Origin: an uncultured Solirubrobacterales bacterium
Lineage (GTDB): Bacteria > Actinomycetota > Thermoleophilia > Solirubrobacterales > Solirubrobacteraceae
DNA length: 64,000 nt
Reading direction: 5' to 3'
Assembly (NCBI GenBank): GCA_963744525.1
Contig: CAVUTV010000015.1
Coordinates: 16,624 to 80,623 of the forward strand
Shown: positions 44,983 through 53,857 of the stretch, piece by piece
Numbering within the stretch: the first letter of the stretch is position 1
Layout: the number at the start of each line of letters is the position of its first letter
The notes under the pieces: model-generated
The model's input: only the letters and a program-made list of their open reading frames with translations
The model's database searches: none
What the model was told of the DNA's origin: nothing
Translations under genes and position numbers: made by a program

Positions 44983-45645
44983 ATGCGCATATTGATCGTG
45001 GAGGACGAAGCCAGGATTGCGGCCTTCGTTGCGCGGGCATTTGAGGCCGAGGGATTCAGCGTGGACCAGTCCGGCGATGGCGAGAACGGACTGCGCCGGG
45101 CGCTGGACAGTCACTACGACCTCGTGATCCTCGACCTGCTGCTACCGGGCGGCGACGGACTGGGCGTGCTGCGAGAACTTCACCGCCGCCGCCCGGAGCT
45201 GCCGGTGCTGATCCTTTCCGCGCGTCACGACCTGACCACGCGGCTGCGCGGGTTTGAACTGGGGGCAGTCGACTTCCTACCCAAGCCGTTCTCGCTGGAT
45301 GAGTTGCTGGCCCGCTCGCGCGTACAGCTCCGACGCGTCCAGAGCGAGGACGAGGTCCAGATCGTGTGCGTCGGCCACCTTGAGCTCGATGTGGCCAGGC
45401 GCCGCGCGCAGATGGGCGAGCGGACCGTGGACCTGTCAGATCGGGAGTTCCGCCTGCTCCACTTTCTGATGACTCACACCGATCAGGTGGTGAGCCGCGA
45501 GCGGCTGCTCTCCGAAGTCTGGGGCTATGACTTCGATCCTCGCTCGAACGTCGTCGACGTGTGCGTACGTCGCCTGCGTCGGCGGCTGGGACCCGACACG
45601 CCGATCGAGACGGTGCGAAATGTCGGCTACCGGACTGCCGCGTAG
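44983..45645 (+). CDS. OmpR-family response regulator
   Basis: MRILIVEDE, ILDLLLPG, FLPKPF, VWGYDFDPRSNVVDVCVRRLR. Confidence 0.95.
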   Translation: MRILIVEDEARIAAFVARAFEAEGFSVDQSGDGENGLRRALDSHYDLVILDLLLPGGDGLGVLRELHRRRPELPVLILSARHDLTTRLRGFELGAVDFLPKPFSLDELLARSRVQLRRVQSEDEVQIVCVGHLELDVARRRAQMGERTVDLSDREFRLLHFLMTHTDQVVSRERLLSEVWGYDFDPRSNVVDVCVRRLRRRLGPDTPIETVRNVGYRTAA

Positions 45646-46744
45646 CTTCGCCGGCTGGGCTCGGCTTCATGCCGTGGAGGCGGCGTGGATCGGGCTGGCC
45701 TGCGCCAACTATGGGCTTGGCCTGGCGTCCCAGAGCTGGGAGACGCTGCCGTTTCGAATCGGCTGGGTGGTCCTGACCGTCGCCTACGGACTCGTGTTCC
45801 TGCGCGAGGACCGGATGATGATGGCCATCTTCGCCGTGGCGGGCGCGACCGCCGGGGTGATGGTGCTCGACGCGATGCACGTCATCCGTCTGTGGAACAC
45901 GCCGGTCGATATTCCGCCGATCATGGCGGTCATGTGCCTGGTGATGGTATGGCACGCGCACCGGCGCAACGAGGAGATGCGCGCTGTGGCCGAAGTGGCC
46001 GAGGAGCGGCGTTCGCTGCTCCAGCATCAGGAGCGATTCGTCAGTGATGCTTCGCACGAGCTGCGTACGCCGCTGACGATCGCGCGCGGACATCTGGAGC
46101 TGCTGCGCGCCGGCACGGGCGGCGGACAGGACCTCGACGTGGCGCTGGAGGAGATGACCCGCCTCGACGGGATCATCGGGCGGCTGCTGCTGCTGGCCGC
46201 TGCCGCGCAGCCGAACTTCGTCCGGCCGGCGCGAGTGGAGGTCGAGCCGCTGCTTGACGACGTGTTCGTCCGGTGGGTGGACATCGCTCGTCGAACCTGG
46301 CGGCTCGGCCCGGTGCCCAAAGGTCGAATCGAGATCGATTCCGACCGGATCCGCACCGCGCTGGACGCGCTGCTGGAGAACGCCGTCAAGTACACCGACG
46401 AACGCGACGCGATCGAGCTCCGCGGCCGGCTGGGCGAGGACGGCGTGCTGATCCTGGAAGTGGCCGACGAGGGCCACGGGATCCCGGCCGAAGCACTGGA
46501 GCGAATCTTCGATCGCTTCGGCCGCGCCGACCCGGCCCGCGGCCGTTCGCCAGGCGGTGTCGGTCTAGGCCTGGCGATTGTCGATGCGATCGCCAAGAGC
46601 CACAACGGGCGATGCACGGTCAGGTCGAGTTCGCGAGGCACGGTGTTCGCCTTGGAGCTGCCCGGATTCATCCCCGATGGGCGAGCCGCCGCCCCCACCG
46701 CCGAGCTCCCTTCCCCGGCGGCACCTGTGCCCTCCGCGTCGTGA
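45620..46744 (+). CDS. Membrane sensor histidine kinase (intramembrane-sensing type)
   Basis: About four short TMs; DASHELRTPLT, LLENAVKYT, VADEGHGI, GGVGLGLAIV. Confidence 0.92.
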   Translation: MSATGLPRSFAGWARLHAVEAAWIGLACANYGLGLASQSWETLPFRIGWVVLTVAYGLVFLREDRMMMAIFAVAGATAGVMVLDAMHVIRLWNTPVDIPPIMAVMCLVMVWHAHRRNEEMRAVAEVAEERRSLLQHQERFVSDASHELRTPLTIARGHLELLRAGTGGGQDLDVALEEMTRLDGIIGRLLLLAAAAQPNFVRPARVEVEPLLDDVFVRWVDIARRTWRLGPVPKGRIEIDSDRIRTALDALLENAVKYTDERDAIELRGRLGEDGVLILEVADEGHGIPAEALERIFDRFGRADPARGRSPGGVGLGLAIVDAIAKSHNGRCTVRSSSRGTVFALELPGFIPDGRAAAPTAELPSPAAPVPSAS

Positions 46745-47970
46745 GCGACGCCACGCCCGCCGGACTTCGCCTGTCCATCGAGGAGATCCGGGGAGAGTTT
46801 CCAGGACTCGACCCGGCCGAGGTCCGCCTGGATGGCGCGGCTGGAACGCTGGTGCCTGCCGCCGTGATCGACGCGATCGCCGGCGCCCTGAAGGACTCGA
46901 TGGCCAACACCCACGGCAGCTTCCCCGCCAGCCGGCACAGCACCGAAACGGTGCTGGCCGCCCGGCAGGCGGTGGCTGACCTGCTGGGCGGGGTTCCCGC
47001 CGGAGTGATCCTGGGACCCAACATGACCACGCTGACGTTCCGGATGGCGGCGACGCTGTCGGCGGACTGGGCACCCGGGGACGAAGTGGTCGTCACCTCA
47101 CTTGACCACGACGCCAATATTCGACCCTGGGTGCTGGCCGCCGAGCGAGCCGGCGCCACCGTTCGCTGGGCCGAGTTCGACACCGACACCGGCGAGCTTG
47201 CACCCGAGGCGTTCGAGCCGCTGATCAACGAGCACACCAGGCTGGTGGCCCTCACAGCGGCATCCAACGCGATCGGCACCAAGCCGGACGTCCCGGTGAT
47301 AAGCGCCATGGCGCACGCGGCCGGTGCCCTGACATACGTCGACGGGGTGCACGCGACCTCACATGGGCCGATCAGCCTGCGCGAGCTCGGCGCCGACTTC
47401 TACGCCTGCTCGGCCTACAAGCTGTTCGGCCCGCACGCAGGCATCCTCATCGCCGACCCCGAGCTCCTGGAACGGCTGCTTCCGCCAAAGTTGGTCCCCG
47501 CATCCGACGACATTCCCGAGCGCTTCGAGACAGGCACGGCGGCGTTCGAGCTGCTCGCCGGGGTGAGCGCCGCGGTGGACTGGATCGCGGCGCTCAGCTC
47601 TGCGTCCGGCGGGCGGCGCGAGCGCGTGCTGGGCGCACTGACCGCGGCAGAGCAGCATCTGGACCTGCTGCTGTCTCGCGCTCTCCAAGGGCTCGGAGGG
47701 ACGCCCGGGGTTCGCCTGCTCGGCCAGGCGCGCCACCGGACCTCGACGATCTCGTTCCTGATCGATGGCCAGTCCCCCAGCTCGGTGGCCCGGCACCTGG
47801 CCGATCGCGGCATCGCGGTATGGGATGGCGACAACTACGCATACGAGCTCATGCACCGATTCGGATTGCGTGACAGCGGCGGCGCGGTGCGCGCCAGCAT
47901 CGTCCTCTACAACAACCGATCCGACGTGGACCGCCTGATCGAGGCGGTGGCGGAGCTGGCCGCCGGCTGA
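46741..47970 (+). CDS. Cysteine desulfurase-like class V PLP enzyme
   Basis: DGAAGT, GPNMTTL, LDHDANI.PW, YVDGVH, CSAYKLFGPH, ETGT. Confidence 0.9.
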   Translation: MSDATPAGLRLSIEEIRGEFPGLDPAEVRLDGAAGTLVPAAVIDAIAGALKDSMANTHGSFPASRHSTETVLAARQAVADLLGGVPAGVILGPNMTTLTFRMAATLSADWAPGDEVVVTSLDHDANIRPWVLAAERAGATVRWAEFDTDTGELAPEAFEPLINEHTRLVALTAASNAIGTKPDVPVISAMAHAAGALTYVDGVHATSHGPISLRELGADFYACSAYKLFGPHAGILIADPELLERLLPPKLVPASDDIPERFETGTAAFELLAGVSAAVDWIAALSSASGGRRERVLGALTAAEQHLDLLLSRALQGLGGTPGVRLLGQARHRTSTISFLIDGQSPSSVARHLADRGIAVWDGDNYAYELMHRFGLRDSGGAVRASIVLYNNRSDVDRLIEAVAELAAG

Positions 47971-47998
47971 GCTGTCAGCCCGTCCTCGACCCGAGGCC

Positions 47999-48694
47999 TC
48001 AGGCCGGAGCCAGCGACCGGGAGGCGGCCGGATAGGCGACACAGGTGAGCAACGCCAACCCGGCAGCGAAAGCCAGCGGCAGCGTCAGACCGGTCCTCAG
48101 CATCAGCGCCCCGCACAGCGCTCCCGCCAGCATCGCGAGGATCGCCACCGTACGCCGGGTCGTTCCCTTGCCGTTGCCACCGGCCAGGCGAGAGTCGGCG
48201 GCCAGTCCGGTGAGCGTCATCGTCAGGACAGTGGTGGTGAGATCGGGGACGGCGAGGCGCCGGACGGTGGCGTTCCTGATCCCCATGCCAGCCGCCATCA
48301 GCGCGATCGTCACGTCAGCTGCAGCCGAGCCGGGGTGAATGCTGGCGATCGACACCAGGATCGCGGCAGCGGCGAGCATGATCGCCTCGATCATCAGTGC
48401 CACGGTGAAATCCGCCGGATGGTGCGCCCCCAGTCGACGGCCCAGCACGCCCCCTGCTCCGGCTCCCACGGCAAAGGCGAGCATCGACACAATCGGCGCC
48501 AGTACCGGCAGGTGGCCGGCGCCTGCCAGCCCGAACGCCAGCAGGACCACGTTGCCGGTCATGTTCGCTGTGAACACGTGGCCGAGACCCAGATAGCTGA
48601 CCGCGTCCACGGTGCCGGTGGAGAACGTCAGCGCAATCAGGGACACCGCCAGGGGATGCCGGAGATTCGCCGCCGCCTGCTCTGCTCGGGTCAC
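47999..48694 (-). CDS. YoaK/DUF1275 membrane protein
   Basis: TG.VDAVSYL.LGHVFTANMTGN, MG.RNA, DLTTTVLT.TLTGL. Confidence 0.9.
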   Translation of the reverse strand: MTRAEQAAANLRHPLAVSLIALTFSTGTVDAVSYLGLGHVFTANMTGNVVLLAFGLAGAGHLPVLAPIVSMLAFAVGAGAGGVLGRRLGAHHPADFTVALMIEAIMLAAAAILVSIASIHPGSAAADVTIALMAAGMGIRNATVRRLAVPDLTTTVLTMTLTGLAADSRLAGGNGKGTTRRTVAILAMLAGALCGALMLRTGLTLPLAFAAGLALLTCVAYPAASRSLAPA

Positions 48695-48706
48695 GTGATC
48701 GCCACC

Positions 48707-48988
48707 CTACTTCTTCCCGCCCCGCCCGAACCGCGAGATCACGCGGCTCAGCCTGCTCCGGATCTCCTGGCTCGCGTCACCGGCGATCTTGCCGGCCGTG
48801 TCGTCGGTCTTGAAGATCCCCAGCTCCTCGTCTGTCGCGCGCGGTGGTCCGCCTCGGGCGACAGTCTCAGCGGCCTCGGCGCGGTAGCCCGCGCGGCGGG
48901 CCTTGGCGGCGTCGATCTGGGCCTGCAGGCGAGCCACGTGATCGTCGGGATCGGGGGTGGCAGGGGTTGCGTCAGGCTCGGCGGTCAT
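48707..48988 (-). CDS. Hypothetical protein
   Basis: 93-aa ORF with normal codon bias, co-oriented with neighbours. Confidence 0.55.
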   Translation of the reverse strand: MTAEPDATPATPDPDDHVARLQAQIDAAKARRAGYRAEAAETVARGGPPRATDEELGIFKTDDTAGKIAGDASQEIRSRLSRVISRFGRGGKK

Positions 48989-49051
48989 GGATGCATTCCA
49001 CCATCTGTCAGGGCGCGCGGGTGCGAAATGCTCACTGCCGCTCCTGGCCCG

Positions 49052-50199
49052 TTATTCGTGGTCGAAGCGCCCGCGCGATGTCAGCGGCGTCTGGCGCACC
49101 ACCTCGGGGAGATACTCGTCGAGGAAGACGCGAGCGACAAGCTCCTGTCGCGAGGCGACGCCGACCTTCTCGTACAGGTTCTGGACGTGGTCCTCGACGG
49201 TGTGCGGAGAGACGACGAGGGTCTCCGCCATCTCGACACGAGAGAGGCCACGTGCCAGGAGGGTGGCGACCTCGCGCTCGCGGGCGGTCGCGCCGAACGC
49301 TTCGAGGCGGACCGTCGCAGAACGCGCGCCTGTCGCCCGTTCGAGGACGATCGCAACCCGGCCGTCGTCCGGCGGTCCCGGCAGCGAGGCGTGCAGCGTC
49401 ACCCAGCCCGCGCTGCCGGGCACGGTGACGACGTTGCCGTCACGCTGCCCGCCCTCCGGCGCGGAGCGGACGAACGACGCGAGCGCGAGCACCGGCGTGG
49501 GGATCGTCTCGTCGGTGTAGCCCGAATCCCCGGGATGCAGGCGAGGCAAGCAGCGCGCGTGCCGGAGGGGTGATCAGCTCGGCCTCGTCATGTGGCGCCC
49601 AGCACGACCATTCCCGGCGCCTCGGGCCCCGTGACGCGCCGGGCAGCATCGAAACGCAGAGAAGCGCGAATGCCGCGGCCGATCGCCCCGGTGACCGCGG
49701 CAAGCGCGTCCGCGTCGCTCTGCTGGAATGCGCCGCTACTCGCGCGGCGGGCAATGTGCACCGCGCCCCAGACGCGCCCGCGGATGACGAACGCACCGCG
49801 CAGCTCGTGGGGGATGTCGGCCGGCAGGAGCAGGTCGCGGTAGCGCGCGCTGCGCTGGGGATCCCCGCGGGTGGCGTGGTCGAGGATGCCGACGGGCACG
49901 CGCCGGGCGGCGAGGCCGGCGAAGGTGTTGACGTCGTCGACCATGTACTCGCTGCGGACGATCAGCTCCCCAGCGGCCGGGGCCTCATCGAACGCGAGCA
50001 CCCCACGCTCGATGAGCTCCTTGGGAGCGTCGCTGGTCAGCAGCCGCGTGGTGGGGTCCAGCGTGTGCCAGCAGCTGGCGTCGTTGTCGATGACGTTGCG
50101 GAGCCGTGGCGACAGCTCCGCGAAGAATTCCTCACGCGGGAGTCCGCGTGAGCCGAGCACGTCGATCTCCTCGATCAGTCGCTCGACGGTCCATCCCAT
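49052..50199 (-). CDS. GAF + LuxR-HTH transcriptional regulator (frameshift near 49560-49600)
   Basis: CWHTLDP.T.LLTS, RSARYR..L...ELR..F....WG; TAREREVA.LLARGLS..E.A..L.VSPHTVEDH. Confidence 0.88.
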
Positions 50200-50230
50200 G
50201 CGGGCCAGTCTGGCACCGCGCGCAAGAAAG

Positions 50231-50249
50231 ATCCCCGCGCGCGGGGGAT
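50231..50249. promoter_or_regulatory. Inverted repeat ATCCCC-N7-GGGGAT, candidate operator of the adjacent regulator
   Basis: Lies in the divergent intergenic gap. Confidence 0.5.
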
Positions 50250-50283
50250 GGTTTGCGCCGGCCGCAGAGATCAGACTGCCGGC

Positions 50284-50813
50284 ATGACCTCAATCAACGC
50301 AGCAGACACCCCACCAGCGCGCCGGAAGGCGCCCTCGCACCCATCGCCCTCGGTCCCGGTGAGGGAGAGCACCTCTGGTTCTTCGGCGGCCTGACGACGA
50401 TCAAGGCCGATGGCGACGCAACCGGCGGCCGCATGGTGCTGACCGAGCAGACCGCACCACGCGGATCCGGCTCGCCGCTGCACGTCCACCACAACGAGGA
50501 CGAGTGGTTCTACGTCCTCGACGGCGAGCTCACGATCTGGGTCGCGGGCCAGACGGTCGTCGCGCCCGCCGGCTCCTTCGTGTTCGGCCCGCGCGACATC
50601 CCACACACGTTCATCGTCAGCTCCGATGAGGCACGCTTCCTGCTGGTCACGCAAGCGGCCGGGTTCGAGGGGTTCATCCGCACGCTCGGGACCCCCGCTC
50701 CCGTCGCGGAGATTCCGCCCGCTCCGACCGCGCCGCCCGATATGGCGCCGATCCTGCAGGCTGCCGCAGATCACGGCCTGGAGATCCTCGGTCCACCCGG
50801 CATTCCGGCCTGA
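50284..50813 (+). CDS. Cupin, quercetin 2,3-dioxygenase-like (homopolymer frameshift near 50310)
   Basis: PLHVHHNEDEWFYVLDGE, GPRDIPHTF, GLEILGPP. Confidence 0.88.
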
Positions 50814-50854
50814 GCGCCAGGAACCGAAACGGGTGGGTTCCGTCAGAGGAGTAG

Positions 50855-50927
50855 TACCCCCAGCCGGACTCGAACCGGCGATCTCCTGCGTGAAAGGCAG
50901 GCGTCCTAACCGCTAGACCATGGGGGC
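50855..50927 (-). tRNA. tRNA-Glu (anticodon TTC), CCA not encoded
   Basis: GCCCCCA-TGGTCTAGCGGTTAGGAC-CCTGC CTTTCAC GCAGG-GGTTCGAGTCC-TGGGGGTA. Confidence 0.97.
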
Positions 50928-50949
50928 TCGTCAGGGATTCTACGGGCGC

Positions 50950-51792
50950 TCACCCCGACCGCTTCAGCTTCCCGTGCCGCTTGGCGTATCGCTCCCCAGT
51001 GCGGAAGACTGCCAGGCCGAGCGGGATCGACACCACGCCCAGTACCAGAAGCGGCCAGATGTCACCCCAGACCGACGCCAGGTCGGCACCGTCGAGCACC
51101 GCGGCGCGGATTCCGTGCAGCGCATATGTGGCAGGCGAAAGCGTCCCGATCCACTGCATCCACTGCGGCAGCACGCTGACCGGGTAATAGACCCCGGAGA
51201 CCACCAGCAGCAGCCCCTGGGCGATGAAGCCGATCTGCGCACCCTTCTCTGGGGATATGAGCGGCAGCACGGCGGCGATCATGCCCAGGCCGGCGAACGA
51301 CACCGAGGCGATGGCCAGCAGGACGAGCGCTGTCCCGAAGTCCGCCCCGTCCAGATGCAGCCCGAAGAACAGCGCCACGACGATGAACACCAGCGTGGTG
51401 CGAAACACGCCATAGATCACGGCGAACAGCGCCATGCCGCCCAGGTGCACGGCGCGGCTCAGCGGCGCCATGAAGGTGTATTCGATCGTCCCCTCCCAGC
51501 GCTCCCAGGCCACGGTCTCGGTCAGGATCTCGAAGATGATCCCGAGGTAGGACCAGATCACCGCCCCGATCAGCAGCGTGGTCGTCTCGCGCTGCACGTT
51601 GAGGTGGCCGCCACCCGCGCTCACGCCCTTGGCGATGAACACCACGGTCAGGGTGTTCGCCACGGTCCACAGGAAGAAGGCCAGCTCCCACCAGCCGTAG
51701 CGCTTGATCAGATAGCTGTTGCGCTCGACGATCCCGCCCAAACCGATCAGCTGGGTGCGCAAGCCGCCGCGACGCACCGTCGACGTGCTCAT
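50950..51792 (-). CDS. ABC-2 type transporter permease
   Basis: Six TMs; WERWEGTIEY.F.AP; SGVYYPVSVLP.W. Confidence 0.92.
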   Translation of the reverse strand: MSTSTVRRGGLRTQLIGLGGIVERNSYLIKRYGWWELAFFLWTVANTLTVVFIAKGVSAGGGHLNVQRETTTLLIGAVIWSYLGIIFEILTETVAWERWEGTIEYTFMAPLSRAVHLGGMALFAVIYGVFRTTLVFIVVALFFGLHLDGADFGTALVLLAIASVSFAGLGMIAAVLPLISPEKGAQIGFIAQGLLLVVSGVYYPVSVLPQWMQWIGTLSPATYALHGIRAAVLDGADLASVWGDIWPLLVLGVVSIPLGLAVFRTGERYAKRHGKLKRSG

Positions 51793-52580
51793 GCCATCTC
51801 CTCTCTCTCGTAGTCGACGTCCTCGATGTCCTCCCCCGTGGCCCGGAAGAACACGTCCTCCAGGCTGTCGGCCGCGTAGCGCTCGACCAACCGGTCCGTC
51901 GGCTCGAGCGCCAGCAGCCGGCCACCATGCAGGATCCCGACGCGATCGGCGAGCGCCTCAGCCTCGGCCATGTCGTGGGTGCAGAGCAGCACCGTGGTGT
52001 CGTGCTCGGCCCGCAGCTCAGCGATGAACCGCTGCACCTCCCGCTTGGAGCGCGGGTCCAGACCGGTGGTCGGCTCGTCCAGCAGCAACAGCACGGGTGA
52101 GGTCAGCAGCGCCCGCGCGAGCGCCACCTTCTGCTGCATGCCCCGGCTGAGGTCCTCCATCGGTTCCGACGCCCGCCGTGAAGCGAAGCCGACCCGGTCC
52201 AGAATCTCCGGAATCCGCACCCGGGTCACCCGCGGCGTGAGTCCGTAGAAGCGCGCCGCGTAGCTGAGGTTCTCAAGCGCCGACATGCGCTTGAAGAAAG
52301 AGGCCTCCACGGACACGCGGTTGACCAGGTGCCGCACGGCGCGCGCCTCGCGCACGACGTCGTGCCCGAACACGCGAGCGCTGCCCCCGTCGGGCAGCAG
52401 CAGCGTCGAGAGGGTTCGGACCAGCGTCGACTTGCCGGAACCGTTCTGGCCCAGAATGGCCACGCACTCGCCCTGTCCGATCTCGAACGACATCGGGCTG
52501 AGTGCGACCACCGTCCGCTGGCGCCGGCGGTGCCCACGCACAAAGTTCTTCTCGAGTTGGTTCACGTCAACAGCAGACAA
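51789..52580 (-). CDS. ABC transporter ATP-binding protein
   Basis: GQNGSGKS, LSRGMQQK, LLLDEPTTGLD, CTHD. Confidence 0.95.
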   Translation of the reverse strand: MSAVDVNQLEKNFVRGHRRRQRTVVALSPMSFEIGQGECVAILGQNGSGKSTLVRTLSTLLLPDGGSARVFGHDVVREARAVRHLVNRVSVEASFFKRMSALENLSYAARFYGLTPRVTRVRIPEILDRVGFASRRASEPMEDLSRGMQQKVALARALLTSPVLLLLDEPTTGLDPRSKREVQRFIAELRAEHDTTVLLCTHDMAEAEALADRVGILHGGRLLALEPTDRLVERYAADSLEDVFFRATGEDIEDVDYEREEMA

Positions 52581-52841
52581 CGTCGCTCCTCACTAACAGG
52601 TGGCCAGGGTCCAGCAACCGAGGCGGGGCTCGGCAGTGGAGGCAGGTGGGTCACCGGTGGAGCAACATCGCCAGCCAATCTAGCACCGCTGCCGACAGGG
52701 TCAAATCGGTTGTGAAAGAGGTGGCGCCAAGACTGTTTGAGGGTGGTAGAAACAGTCACATCCAGGTGTGGGTTGCTCCGGCAGCCCTGTTGTCACGTGG
52801 GGTCATTCGTGGCCTCACAAAACCGGCAGGAGGTTGAACAG

Positions 52842-53657
52842 ATGATTCGCAGAGTTGTGCTCGGCCTGGGCGCGGTGGCAGCTGCGCTGGCCGCCGCAGG
52901 ACCGGCAGCCGCCCACAAGGCCGCACCGGGGATCGGTCGCCTGATCCCGGCTCACAAAGGCCAGCTGCTGCCCACGCACGGAGGAACCGTGGACAGCCTC
53001 AACTGGTCGGGTTACGCAGTGACCCCGGGAAGCGGCATCACCGCCGTGTCCTCGAGCTACATCGTCCCCTCGGCAGGCCTCGATCCTCCGGGCTTTGCGG
53101 CCACATGGACCGGTATCGGCGGTTACAACACCAGCGACCTGATCCAGGCCGGCACAGGTGAGGACTCGGCGCCGAGCAACCCGATTCTCGGGCCGCAGTA
53201 CTACGCCTGGTACGAGTTGCTCCCCAACTCCGAGACGCCGATCAGCGGGTGCACAGGTGACACCAGTTGCACGGTCACACCCGGGGATGACATGAGCGTG
53301 CAGATCAACAACGTTTCCGGTAACACGTGGAGCATCGCGATCACCGACTCCGGCAAGTGGAGCTGGAGCAAGAACGTCACCTACAGCTCCTCGGAGTCCT
53401 CCGCGGAGTGGATTCTCGAAGCCCCCACCCTGGTCGCCCAGACGCTGCTGGCCAATGTCGGCACGCAGCACTTCGGTCCCACGTCGACCTACACCAAGGC
53501 CGGCACCACGTACACGATCGCTCAGGGCAACCCGACGCAGATCGACCTCTCGCCCTCACCGGTTGGAGGCGTAGACGAGGCGACGCCGTCGGCGCTGGCC
53601 TCCGACGGACAGTCGTTCAACGACTGCTCCTACCAGAACACCTGCCCGGCCCCATAG
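52842..53657 (+). CDS. Secreted G1 family glutamic peptidase
   Basis: GGAGG RBS, signal peptide; SLNWSGY, WTGIGG, LIQAGT, YAWYE, SAEWILE. Confidence 0.9.
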   Translation: MIRRVVLGLGAVAAALAAAGPAAAHKAAPGIGRLIPAHKGQLLPTHGGTVDSLNWSGYAVTPGSGITAVSSSYIVPSAGLDPPGFAATWTGIGGYNTSDLIQAGTGEDSAPSNPILGPQYYAWYELLPNSETPISGCTGDTSCTVTPGDDMSVQINNVSGNTWSIAITDSGKWSWSKNVTYSSSESSAEWILEAPTLVAQTLLANVGTQHFGPTSTYTKAGTTYTIAQGNPTQIDLSPSPVGGVDEATPSALASDGQSFNDCSYQNTCPAP

Positions 53658-53670
53658 GCGCAGGTTTGCG

Positions 53671-53704
53671 CGCGGCCGGCCGGCTTTGAGCACGGCCGGC
53701 CGCG
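53671..53704 (+). terminator. GC-rich hairpin terminator
   Basis: CGCGGCCGGCCG-10nt-CGGCCGGCCGCG after the G1 stop. Confidence 0.6.
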
Positions 53705-53857
53705 TCCGCGCGTGCCCAAAGCCGCGCGGACGCGCCACCCCCGATCGCCGGGCTCAGCTCTGACCACGCGAAACCGCCGCCCTCCCAAAGTGCGTGCTGG
53801 TGTGGGAGACTGCCCGCCCGACTGGATGATCGGGCCGGATGTCTGGAACCAGAAGAG

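Noticed and set aside
48707-50927. Possible island integrated at tRNA-Glu
   Set aside because: No duplicate of the tRNA-Glu 3' end was found in the window
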